Source of the DNA: Nageia nagi
Taxonomy: Eukaryota > Plantae > Pinophyta
Direction of reading: 5' to 3'
Assembly: GCA_050084985.1 (NCBI GenBank)
Contig: JBITNC010000002.1
Span: forward strand, 12,958,001-13,022,000
DNA length: 64,000 nt
This document shows, piece by piece, positions 37,584 through 51,000 of this stretch (positions are counted from its first letter, which is position 1; every line of letters begins with the position of its first letter). The notes below the pieces were generated by a model. It did not search any database. It was not told the origin of the DNA and saw nothing but the letters and a program-made list of their open reading frames with translations. A program made the translations under genes and the position numbers.

Positions 37584-40500
37584 TGAGAGAATTGTTTAAT
37601 TCATACTAAAAATGAGATTACAACATGTTTATATAGAGCTTGCAATGAGCTCAAAATAAAAACAAGTAGTTGAGTTGATAAGCTCAACATTTATTACAAT
37701 CTAATCTAAAATAACTAAACACTCTAAAAATAGAGATTTGATCTAGTCTAAACATGCTAAAAATAGTTTTGGTTTATCCTACAAACCCTAAGAAATTAAA
37801 ACACAAGGCTAATCTAATACTGAATCTAAGAAATAACTAGAAATTTACTATTCTAGGTGCATTGAGAAAGTGTTGTCACTCTAATGAAATACGATCATGT
37901 TTTTGGAGGAACTAGAAATGCGGTCAAGTTTTTAAAGGAACTAGAAACATGATCGCATTTTTTGAGAAACTAGAAATGTAGTAGCATTTCTAGGGAAATG
38001 CACTAACCCTATGCATTTTTTCAAAAAAAAAAATGATGATTTCTTCAAATTTGACAAGTTCAATCTTCAACATTCTCCCCCTTAATGCTAAGGGGACTTA
38101 CCAAAAAACTCCTTAGCAATAGAAACTAATCTTTAGCAACTTATTTGGTGAAAAGATCTACAATGTTATCCAAAGTGTTACAATGCTTTAGCTTAATTCC
38201 CCTTTTCTCCACCATATCTCTTATTAAGTGGTACTTCATATCAAATTATTTTGATCTATTATGGTGGACTAGATTTTATGCCAATTGAATGGCACTTTGG
38301 TTGTCATAGTACAAAGATACAGGACCAATTTGTTTTGCATCAAGTTCTTCAAGAACTTTTCTTAGCCATAATGTTTGAGTACTAGCACTTGTGAGTGCTA
38401 TATATTCAACTTCTATTGATGAGAGTGCCATTGTTGTTTGCTTTTTGGAACTCCATGCAACAAATCCTGAACCAAGAGTAAAATAATTTCTTGATGTAGA
38501 TTTTTTATCATCAATATTGATACCCCAATCACTATCACTAAATCCTTCAAGCTTTACATCATCCATTTTGAAATAATGGTTCCCAAATTTTTTTTTTCCT
38601 TTTACATACCTTAGAATTATTTTTGTAGCATTCAAATGAGCCTCTATAGGATCACTCATGTATCTTGAAACTAGTGATACTACATATGCAACATCTAGTC
38701 TTGTATTGATGAGAAACATCAAACTTCCCGCAATGTTTCTATAATTGGTCCCATCTACATTTTGTGTGCCATATTATTTGTTCAATAACTCTCCATGAGC
38801 TATTGGTACCCTTGGCCACAAGCCTTTCTTTGTGCTTTTCTATGGTCCAATCAATATTGTATTTGGTCTTGAAGACCCATTTACAACCAATAATCTTTTT
38901 TCCTTTTCGAAGCTCAACAAGCTCCCAAGTATCATTTTTCTATATGGAAGAGATTTCTTATTCCATGGCTTTAAACCACATGTAATTAGTACATGCTTGT
39001 TCATAACTAGAAGGTTCCACTTCAACACTAGTCATCAAAGCATAATTCATAATATCACCTTTGGGGGCTTGATCATCTTTATCTCCATATATATTCAAAT
39101 TCTCTAGTCTTTGGACAACATCTTGGAGCTCACTTGTTTGACTTCTTGTGAATCTTCTTAAGAAGTCTCTATCCAACATTTGAGAAGCTAGATGGTTTGC
39201 AAGAGTTCTTCTTCTTTTTGACATCACACTTGGAGTGTATTCTTCAATGGAAGATGGAATTTGAGTGCTTGTTTTACAAGTTGGAGTGCTCTTTGGAGGA
39301 CTTGGAGGAGGGTTGGTCTTTGTAGAAGGATGATTATTTGGCTGCACTTTATAAGCATTTATATCATTTGGAGGATCACCTATATAGAGTTTTGATGACT
39401 CCATACTCCCCCTTCATCAAAATTCACATCTCTACAAATTATAATTTTTTTTGTTTTTGGTTTATAGATCCTATTTGCTTTTGAAGATTCATTATAACCA
39501 AGAAAAATACTTGAATCACTCTTTGGATCAAGATTTTTCCTAAGCTCATATGGTACCTGTACATAATCTAAACATTCAAAAATTCTAAAATGCTTTACAT
39601 TTGGTTTTTTCAAATACCATGCCTCATATGGAGTGACACCTTCCAAGCTTGAGGTTGGACACCTATTAAGAATGTATACAATTTTCCTTGTTGCATCAAC
39701 CTGATATTGATTACTTAATCTCTTTTTTTGTAGTATGCTCCTTGACATTTCAATAATGGTGCAATTTTTCCTTTCTAAAATACCATTTTGTTGTGGTGTA
39801 TAGGTTGTTGTGAATTACCTTTTTATTCCACAATCCTTACAAAACTTCAAGAAATCATTAGAGCAAAACTCTCCTCCATTATTAGTTCTTAAACACTTTA
39901 GTTTGCACTCACTTTGATTCTCTACATGGCTTTTAAAATCTTGAAAAGAGGAAAAGGATTCATCTTTGAATTTTAAGAAATAAATCCAACAAAATCTTGA
40001 GAAATCATCAATAAAAGTGAGGAAGTAAGAATGTTTACCCAAGCTTTGAGTTTGCATAGGCCCACAAATGTCACTATACATTGATTAAATAGGATGAGAT
40101 GCTCTCCATGCTTCTACTCTAAGAAATTTGATCCTTAAGTGCTTTACCAAAGCACATCCTTCACACACTCCATCATGTGGCTCATCAAGTTTGGGAAACC
40201 CACATACCATTGTTTGAGATGTCAATAATCTCATATTCTTGAAATTAATATGACTATATCTTAAGTGCCAAAGCCAATTTTTGTTATCAATGGCTATATT
40301 TGCAAGTGATGCAACGTTTTCACCAAATTTGAGAGGAAATAATCTATTTTTTTTCATAGGAACTATAGTGACCAGCCTATTACCATGATTTTTATCATAT
40401 ATGTTACATTGAGCATTTTCAAAAATAATCTTATAATTTCTCTCCATTATTTGGCCTACACTCAACAAATTATACTTGAGATTTGGAGTGTAGTAAATGT

Positions 40501-42202
40501 CATTTACCTTATTAGTACCTTCATTGGTGCTCACCTCCATGATTCCCATGCCTTACTGGCAAAGCTTTATCATCTCCAAGTCTAATTCTATACTTGTATG
40601 AGTTGTTGATTGATGCAAACAACTCCTCCTTGTCTATCATATGGTTTGATGCTCCCATATCAAGCAACCAAGTCTCTTGTGGACTTGAAACATCATTCTT
40701 CTCAATTGACATGAACAAGTGTGAGGAATTCTCTTCCTCTCTATAATGGACACCTCCACTCTTAGCTCATGTGAGGCTTTCAATCTACATTCATTTTCAA
40801 AATGACCAAACTTGTTACAATAGTAACATTATTTGTAACTTTTTCCACTTGTTCTTCCTTCTCCTCTACCTTGGAATCTTCCTCTTTTAGCTCTTCATCT
40901 TTGTCTTCTACCTCTTGCTCTTGAAGAGTTTGGATCTCTTTCTTGTACACTTGAATTTATTTCACCCTCCTTGGAATCAAAAGCCTTATCTTCACTATAT
41001 TCATATTTGGAAGGAGTGGGATCTTTGATTCTCTCCTCATGACTCATCAAAGAACCAATGAGATTATCATAAGTAAGAGTAGTCAAGTTTATGCTCTCTT
41101 TTATGATAATTGCTACATTTTTTCATCTTGGAAGTAGTGACCTTAACACTTTCTTCAGCATCATTTTATTAGTGATTTTTTCACCAAGATTCTTCATTTT
41201 GTCAACATAAGTTTTTACTCTCACATAAAAATCTCCCACACTCTCTTCTTCTTTCATTCTAAGATTTTTAAAATATATCTTCAAAGTTTGAAGCCTCACT
41301 TGCTTGATGCGAGTGCTTCCATGAAATCCATCTTTAAGTGCTTGCCAAGCATCTCTATCTTAAGTGCAAGATGTAATTCTTGGAAAGATTGCATTCCCCA
41401 TCTAGGCTTGAAGATGATATAATGCAAAAGAGTTATTCTTCTAAGTAATTTTATTTGCAGATTTGGCATTATCTCCTAATGTATTCCAATCAGTGGGATC
41501 ACTATAATCTTCCTCCATTATATCCCATAAACCTTTTCCAATGAGAAAGGTATTCATATTGATAGACCAATACTCATAATCCTCTCCTTGAAACTTACGA
41601 ATGGGTAGAATGTTGTTGTTGGAGACTATTATTCTTCTCTACAACAAATCAACAAACTTAACACACTTACAAGAACTTTCTTATTTTTGCAAATGCACCC
41701 ATAAGCTATTCTAACCCAATAGGTATAAAAGCTTTGATACCTCAATGAGAGAATTGTTTAGTTCATACTAAAAACAAGATTACAACATGTTTATATAGAG
41801 ATTGGAGAGAGTTCAAAATAGAAACAAGTTGTTGAGTTGATAAGCTCAACATTATTACAATCCAATCTAAAATAACTAAACACTCTAAAAATAGAGATTT
41901 GATCTAGTATAGACATGCTAAAAATAGTTCCTATTTATCCTACAAACCCTAAGAAATTGAAACAAAAAGTTAATCCAAGATTGAGTCCAAGCAATGGCTC
42001 AAAATTTACTATTCTATGTGCACTAAGAAAATGCTATCACTCTGATGAAATGTGATGGCATTTTTGGAGGAACTAGAAATGTGGTTGCATTTTTGTAGGA
42101 ACTAGAAACATGGTAGCGTTTCCACGAAAACATACTGAACCTATGTATTTTTTAAAAAAAAAATGTTGATTTCTTCAAATTTGACAAGTTTAATCTTCAA
42201 CA
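37584..42202 (-). mobile_element. Ty1/copia LTR retrotransposon with an internal RT deletion
   Basis: LTRs 37584-38072 (3') and 41746-42202 (5'); perfect TSD TTTAA; PBS AGGTATCAAAGC ~41742-41731; PPT AAGGGGGAGAA 38083-38073; domain order gag-PR-INT-RT-RH. Confidence 0.95.
38085..41630 (-). pseudogene. Copia gag-pol pseudogene
   Basis: Gag CYYCNKFGH ~40830; PR WLLDMGASNHM; GAG-pre-integrase WHLRYSH; INT SDICGP...FIDDFSR...NGGEF; RT N-terminal part; RH FSDSDWG...SSIEVEY...YYDNQSAI. Confidence 0.92.
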
Positions 42203-42207
42203 TTTAA

Positions 42208-42347
42208 GAATATGATTGTATAATTTTTAATAAAATAGTAGTTCACCTTTTGAAACTATCTTGACTTTAAAATTGATATTGCTAGCCTTGACAATCTGGA
42301 ATAGGTTCTATCAAAAATAAAATTTAGAGCAAGGAAAAGAAAATATC
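42208..42347 (-). pseudogene. Upstream continuation of the unknown ORF, cut by the Ogre insertion at 42348
   Basis: DIFFSLL*IFIFDRTYSRLSRLAISILKSR*FQKVNYYFIKNYTII is in frame with the segment below 37578. Confidence 0.6.
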
Positions 42348-43365
42348 TATAAGCACCTAAAAAGTGCATTTTATGTTATCTATAGTGTCATGTGGTCATT
42401 CATCCTCATCTTGTTATTGATCATAATCATTTTTTATCCTTTTTAACATTTTAGGCAAAATCGTTCCTTTGTCAAATGACAAATAGGTCATTTGAATGAT
42501 TGATAGGTCACTTGAATGACTAGCAAGTCATTCAAACAATCCTAACTATGTATTTTTAAAGGCTAAAACTTTAAATCTATTACCTACCCAAATAGGTAAG
42601 TAGCAAACCCTATGCACCCAAACAAAAGGTGGCACACTCAAGCGCATTGAATAGACCAATCAACTAAGGGATCTCCTTTTGGTCTCCCACTTTAACTTGG
42701 GGGTTCCTCCACTTGCAAACAACATCCATTATGATTAGGTTGTAGACTCTCTCCACACTCCAAAATACTCTAGAATAGAATTGAATCTAAAAGCATTCAA
42801 CATCCATTACAACTCTAAACTAGCCAAGAACACACAAAATTCAAGTCCAACCACATGCAATGGACATTACACTCAATTGATCAAATTGAGAACACTCTCT
42901 ATCAAAGTACAAAGCATCAAGAATACATAGAGCTCAAGATTTTGGTCTTTATTTGTAGGTGTTGGAGCTATTCTAGGGAGCATAAGGAGCCATATTGTAT
43001 CCTTACATATAGTTCAATATATGCATTTTGTATCACGTGTAGTGTATCTTCTAACATAGATCCATATAATTTAGTTTATTTTTATCATTTTTATCATTAT
43101 TTTATCATAATATAATTTACATATTTTGTAGCACCCATTTAGCTATGGGATAGGGATCTAAATTCATTTAAGGAGGTTTTAGACCTCTCCTTAAGTATGC
43201 TTTGGGGCCTTAAGGGACCATAGTGTAGAGATCCCTACTAACACTTATCTACTACAGGTCTAGATCAACTATCATCCATCCAAGCACATCATAATACAAG
43301 TAATGTTTTAGACATTGCAAAGTAAGCATCCCCAAAGGACACTACATGATTTTTGGATGCTCACA
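42348..43365 (+). repeat. 5' LTR of element C (~1.0 kb; partner not in window)
   Basis: Terminal inverted motifs and an adjacent PBS. Confidence 0.65.
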
Positions 43366-45039
43366 AAATGGTAATCACAGTAGGACTATCTACTAGTCCT
43401 AACACTCCAAAACATTAGAGAGTATTTTGAACACTTAAACTCTTATTTTTGGGTATTTTTATATTTAGATATCTCCTATTTTAAAGAAACTATGTCACTA
43501 ACATTGGTTAAAACTTGCAAGGTACCTCCCTGGATGTGCACAAACTTGGATCTAGAAACCTAAGAGATCAACTTTTAAAATAGATTGGATCATTCCATAG
43601 ATGAACAATTTTGATTACAAATCATTACAAATAAGGAATATTCACCAAATTGTTACACATAATGATGATTTTCCTACAACCCTTGTCTAGCACTATCTTG
43701 TTCAAATAGTCATAGAGATAAATAATTATGCATATCATCACATAGATAGATGGTTAGGCACTGTAAATCATTCTATAGAGGAATGATTTTGTTTGTTAAT
43801 CATTTTGAGTCCTTTATTTTGTGTCTCTCACATGTAGATCAAGTCTATGCTAGGGGTAGTAGTCCACTGTTAGGTTTATTTGTAAAATTTAAGTTTCCTT
43901 GTCATAGGACCCATATTTAGGATTTTCTATAGATTAAATTTTCAGCATTTAATTTCATTCTCTAGTGCATTATGGTCATTTGAATGACTTTTGATTATTC
44001 AAAAAATTGGCACATTCATTCCTCTCAAGGATGATTTGGATACAAAGTTTTGTAACCTTTATTTTGAGTATCAGACCTAGAGTAGGAAGGAATGCTTATG
44101 GGTAGGTTAGCTTTTGATTTCCTTCTAGCACCTTGTCAATATAATTTGAGTGAGTTTTGTATCTAGGATTGCCCTCCCTTGCTAGTGAAAATTTGCATTG
44201 CATCTTGGGGGATTGGTGCATTACAAGTTGAAAATATTATTTGGTGTTTTAAATCAATATCTTAATAAGGGATTTTCTTCCATTTTAGGGTTTGATATGT
44301 TGAGTGTTCTATGCATTAAAATACATTGCTATCTTTGCATTGTTATTTATTTCAAAAATGTAAAAACAAAAGCATTTATTAATTTAGTATCCTTGGGTTT
44401 GGATTGCCTTTTGATTCAATTTAGGAGTTATACATACATTAAATTTTCATATAGGATTGCACATCATATTTACTTCTCATACTTAAAGTCCTCACAAGCC
44501 TAGGGAGTGACTAGGGTACATAGACTTCATCACCATGGCCTAACCCATACTTGGATTTTAACACCAAGGTAGGAGGCCCCCTCTATAGAGGTACATGAGA
44601 CACCCTTGCAAAATTACTCACCCCCCTAAATATTGAGCCTTAACCAAGAACACTTGACTAGAATCATTTCTATAAAACTAAAAAGAGTCAAGAATTTACA
44701 ATTGCATTAAAAATCTATCTCACTAAAAAAATAATGCACCAAATTGAATAAGAAGAAATTAAATGAGATAAAAAAAGCATTACTATCTATCACCATTTAC
44801 TTCTTGTCATTTAGAATTATCTTTGACATGATCATGTAGGTTGTTTGGTGTTAATTGCATTCACATTAAATAAGATCTTCAACAAAGCTCTAGGCTCTTT
44901 GCTATGTGATTTATTGCTTTGGAATTATTTCATTTTCATAGGGGTATGTTTTAGATTTTGTTGTGTCTCTTATTTAATTACTTTGTATTACTTTATTTTC
45001 ATGTATCATATACCCTTTAAAGAAGAAAATCCTTGGCAT

Positions 45040-48000
45040 GTTCATATTGTTAAGACTAGGAGTCAACTTAGAGTTAGAACATGTGAGGAAGAGGAATGTA
45101 ATAACCAAATAAATCAATGAAGTCCTATCCCATGTTTGTATGTGTTTCATAGTTATTCACACACCCATCATCATTCACCTCATCATGAGTCCACCATTGT
45201 GTCACTTCATCTCTATTTTAGTCAAACATTAGAGATATTTCATGCTTCTGAGTCCACTCCTTGGTAGGAGGGGAGAGATCATGTGATGCCTCATAGAGCT
45301 AGCTTATCCCTTATAGAAGATGATTTTTCTTCATGTCAACCTATACCACATCATTATATAGATCCTTCATAAAGTGACCCATTCCATGTGCCACATCATG
45401 AGTTAGATCATTCTATATCTCATCCTAGTCCTAGTTTCATCCACCATCCCATTTGTCCTACATAGCCACAAATATCTCAATAGGATATGTTTATGAGTGA
45501 TCCCATGGTCCAAAAATTATATAGAGATTTTTAGGAGGCCCTATTTGATCCATCAAATTCCCTTGCTAAGGAACATTCACCATAATTACCTCCTGTTAGT
45601 GAAGTCACTTATTCTCAAATTCTTGAATATGAAGAAGATATAGAAGATAGACATATCAAGGATATCCATATTACCCCCATCACTAGTTCTCATCTGCTAT
45701 GAACATCTTGAAATGTCATATTATGAGTAACCATTATTACACCTTAGAACACCTCTTTATGTTGGCACATCACATGATCAAGCCCCTTTGCACCATAAAC
45801 CTATCAGTCCTTAATCATGTATTTTAATTTTTCATAGGTCATCACCATCTCCTCTTAATGGTTGGGCTAGATATCATTACAATGATACCCATCTTATGAT
45901 CCAACCCAAAATTCATCTTATGTCTCACCATGTTCATGATTTTGAGCATGTTCATCATGTTAGTTCACATCTTGTCCATCCTAGTATACCTTGTGTTCCC
46001 ATTTCTTGTTCACACCTAATTAATCAATCTAGAGTCCATTTAGGATATGAGTCTTCCTCTTGTATGATTGATCCACCATCATACCTAGATTATTCATCTT
46101 CTTATGTGATGGCACCATCCCAATATGTACATACATAGTAGTTTATAGGTCCTCATGTCTATACCCATATTGTGTCTCTTGTACCCCATTATGATTCTAA
46201 GTACAATGAATTATCCTATCAAGCCCAAGCTTCTTCACATGAGCTATCATGAGTCTTGAGTTATCATGAGTTGTAATATTCATAAACTAGAGGGGTATCA
46301 AATTGAAATATTTTAAATCTTGTACCTAAGGTAACATTCAATGCATGACCTTATAATTAGTCATATAAGTAGGATTGGGATCCATACTATGACATTTAGT
46401 ATGATTAGTATTATGATATGCCCATTAGCATAGTTCTAAAACAACAAGCTATAATCAATACCTAACCTTACAATGTAAATCTTGAAATTCTAAATAGGTT
46501 GGAGGATATGGAACTTTGGGTTGAAGATCATGGAAAGGCTAAATTGTTGTATAATTCTATTTGTAATGAACCATTCAAGTGTGCCAACAAAGAACATTCC
46601 TTACAAATTTTAGATTCCAAAAATAGATAAGTTTAGAGGGAAAGAAGATCCTAGAGAGCATCTCAAATAGTTTAAGTACTCAAGTTACATCATTAGTAAT
46701 GATGATGTACATATACTTAGGACCTTTCCCATGACACTAGTAGGTCAGGCTCTAGATTGGTACAATAATCTTCCACAACATAGCATCTATTCTTTTGGAT
46801 AGTTGGTCGACCAATTCCTTGATCATTTTGCCATTAACATACATAAAAGAGCATGCATTATAGACTTGAGAAAGCTTTCACAATTTGGGGATGAGTCTAT
46901 TTTAGATTACGTATGTAGGTGGAGAGCCATTATCATGGACATGCCTTACACCTTACTACAAGAAGAATTAGTCAAGTTGTTCTCTAGGAGATGTAATAAA
47001 CATATTTCTTCTATACTCAAGATTCAACAACATTATACTTTTGAATAAGCTTTTGCTAAAGCCAAGTTGATAGAAGAAACTAATATAGAAGATGGTGAGA
47101 TAAAATTCAAAAAGAAGGAGAATAATAATTCAAAATATCAAAATAATGGCAATAATTATGGTACTTCAAATCAAAAACCTTAATTCAATCAAATGTCTAG
47201 TGAAGCCCCTCAGACATAGCCAATGATTAAGTTAGCTCATACATGACCACATAGGGTCAATCCTCTAGTAAGAGAAAGGCCTAGATATAATCAACAATAT
47301 CCTTACAAGTATAGACAAGCTCAATAGCAAGAGCCATGTAAACCTTGGACACCTTTGGCTAAACCTATAGAAGATGTTTTGAAGAAACTTTTGAATGCAT
47401 AGTTAATCAACCTCCCTAAAGACAAACCTAAAGATCCTAGTTGGGAGAAACCTATTTGGTATAAAGATAATGAATATTGCATTTATCACAAATAGAAAGG
47501 GCATGATACGAATAAATGTAATCAAGTAAAGAACATCATTCGAAGGTTCATATATGATGGACAAGTGTTGATAGGAAATCTAGTAGCTCAACCCAATAGA
47601 AATCTATATGTATTTCAAAATCCTTTACCTAAACATAATATTAATATAAATCATGTCTCATCAAGGCCACTACAGTAGGTCAATCATGAATATACTCTAA
47701 GACAAAATAATGAGTTCCTAGGCTTCATTGACATGAATTCACATTCTCCTTTCATTTGTAGTATTGATATAACCTCATATTATGAATTTATAGGCATCAT
47801 GGAACCACCCCAATCATATTAGGTTAAAGAAGTTTATGATAGTAACATGATTGGTATAACTATTAGAATGCGTAAAGGTAATGATTGAGCACCTCCTCCT
47901 CCCTCTAGAGTGGTAAGAATTGGACCACCCTCACCCAAGGCTAAAGTGCATATTTAGACTCAGGCTCCCAAAGAACTAGTAATCATTCATACACATTTAG

Positions 48001-51000
48001 AATAGTAGCTTTGGACTACTCAGACAAAGCTCTCCCTATGAGATTTACTATAACAATCCCCCAAACATAGGGGTACTTTGAACAATATCTTGAAAGTAGT
48101 CAAGTTTGGTAGTAATAATATTAATTCCTTTGGAGCTTTCATAAGGGCTATTTGGAGTGCCACTAGACCCAACATCACCTTCTTTCAAGATGAAATTCAG
48201 CAATATCACTCTAATATATCTTTGTATATTATTGCTTATGTATATTCTCATCTAAAAAAGAGAGTGTTGATAAACACTGGATTCATAATCAATGTTATAT
48301 ATTCTATGGCACTTGAGAAACTTAAAGTTCCTATCAGATATTTGAATGCTCCTACTCTCACTATTAGGGCCTTCAATAATACTTTGGCTACAACTATGGG
48401 CATAGTAATTCTTCTAGTCAAGGTTAGAGTACGAGAAATAGCAACCAATTGTCATGTGGTTGAAGGTGAAATGTAGTATAATTTACTTTTGATTCGACCA
48501 TGGATAGAAGCTATGGATTCAATTTCATCTACTTTACACAAATGTTTGAAATACTTACTTAATACAAGGATCCATTACATTATACCTTATCCTAATCCCT
48601 TTAGTTACTACAACTCTTCATTTTCTCCTGATTCACCTTAGATGCCATCCAAGCATCTCTTGCCTATCACCCTTATTATGAATAACCATCTTAGTTCAAT
48701 GTCATCTTGTTCACCAAAATTATAATTTTCATAATTGTCTTTCATCCAATATACATCATCTTCCTAGCCATCTTTCTTGTCATCCTCAATTGTTGATCCC
48801 TTCATACATCATGCAGGTAAGTCACCTAATGATTTTGCATAGCCTTCATCTAGTCATCAAATCTAGTATACACTTGTCCCTAACAATATTCAACCATCAT
48901 ATCATATATTTCCTACACTCAATCAGTTTCATATATCTTCATCATGTTTGGTTTTTGATCCTTCTCAAGAATATGAATCATCTTCCTCTTAGGTTGGTCC
49001 TGATCCTCTTGTACAACATCCTATCAACTTAGTTGTGTCACTGTATTCCAATTTCATTAAGTGTGAATGTCTTGGTAAGGGGGAATATTGTATATATGAT
49101 ATTCATTTTCATATTCCTTCTATAAAATACTTGGGGAAACCTAAACCTAACCTATCCTTGGTTCTCCTATCCCATTAGGCTCATATCCAAACTAGTCATT
49201 CTTTGTTTATGTAGGTATTGATTCACCTTAGGACATTTCTATTGAGGATTATCTTAAAGAGAAGTTTTGTGCTAAAATAGAATATCTCTCTTATCTTGAA
49301 TTGGTACATAAGCTCTTCTCTAGATGGAAGTGATAAGGGTATGGTCTAGGAAAATATGAACATGGACTAATTCATACTTTTTTTGTTCCATTTCAATCTA
49401 ACCAAGATAAAAATTATCTAGGGTTTCATGGCCCTAAACTTAGATATCTAGAATAATAGTTTTCCAACCTTAACCTTATAGCAAACAAGGTGGAACATGA
49501 TGATGAACATGACATTTAATTATGTTTTGGTCCATCTAGTCCTATTGCTTCTGAGTGTTCCATCCCTGATAATTTCTTCTATGAATCTTCATGTGAGTTT
49601 ACCTTTGATGTTTCAATGGTTTTTATCGATGTTTTATTACCTTTTATCACTCTTTTAAATTATGAATTAGATAATTATATCAATCCTTTTTCCACAAATC
49701 TCTCTTCATATTTGTCAAATATATCTTCTAGCTTTCTTGATCCCTCTTTTCCTTCTTATTGCTTTGATGAAGCTGACTCATCTAACTCAACTTCTTATCA
49801 ATAGTCTAGATGAGGATGATTTGTCATATATCCTTGTTTTAAATCAATTAGAGGATGTGTCCCATATGCATATTGGAAAGTCAATCAAAGTCATTATCAA
49901 CAATGACCCTATGAACCTTAAGATAGTTTACTTGGGGGATATCTTGAATGAATCATAGAGATAAAAAACTACAAAGTTACTGAATAAGTATGTTGAGATC
50001 TTTACTTATAATTATAATAAATTCCAAGCATGGATCCCAATGTTGTAGTCCACAACATTGTTACACTTCCAAATGCTAAACCTAACAAGCAAAAACCTAG
50101 AAGGGTTGATCTAACAAAGTCATTTCAAATTAAGGAGGAAATTCAAAAATTGTTAAATGCTAAGTTTATACATTCTATTAACTATCCTAAATGGGTTTCT
50201 AACATGGTCCCTATTGGAAAAATTGATGGTTTCCTTAGAGTTTCTACATACTTTAGGGATCTTAATGGATATTGTTTGAAAGAAGACTTTCCACTACCCA
50301 ACATAGACACACTAGTTGATAATATGGTAGGTTATGAGATGTTATCCCTCATGGATGGATTCTTAGGCTAAAATCATATTTGGGTTGCTCTAGATGATTA
50401 GCATAAGACATCTTTCACAATTTCTTGGAGAACTTACTGCTATAAATTCATGCCTTTAAGACTCAAAAATGCCTATGCCACCTATTAGAGAGTCATGACC
50501 TATGTTTTCCATGACATAATGCATGACATCATGGAGGACTATGTGGATGACTTATTAGATAAGTCTATATAAGAGATTAGCATTGGAATTTATTTGAAAA
50601 GGTATTTCAAAGGTTACTTAAGCATAATTTCATATTGAATCCTAGAAAATTTTTGTGTGACATCACATTAGGAAAATTGCTAGGGTTCATTATTTCAAAA
50701 TGAGGTATAAAAGTTGATCCCAATAAAGTTACAAATATCATTGGTATGCTTCCACCATATGACATCAAGACCTTTAGGAATCTTCAGGGTAAAATTCAAT
50801 CTATCAAATGATTTATAGCTTAGCTATTTGACAAGTGTTATCCATATAATACACTCCTTAATAAGGGGGTAAAATTTGATTGGAATGAAGATTGTCAATA
50901 GGCTTTTGGTGATACCAAACAATATTTACTCCATCCACCAGTTCTCATTCCACCCAAATATGATGTCCCCTTTCACTTATATCTTTTAGCCACTAATTTT

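Noticed and set aside
42855-45120. Short hydrophobic ORFs (42855, 44198, 44845) as an Ogre ORF1 or membrane proteins
   Set aside because: Composition is that of T-rich LTR/UTR DNA with no conserved motif; most other short ORFs in the track are similar or are shadows of TE genes.
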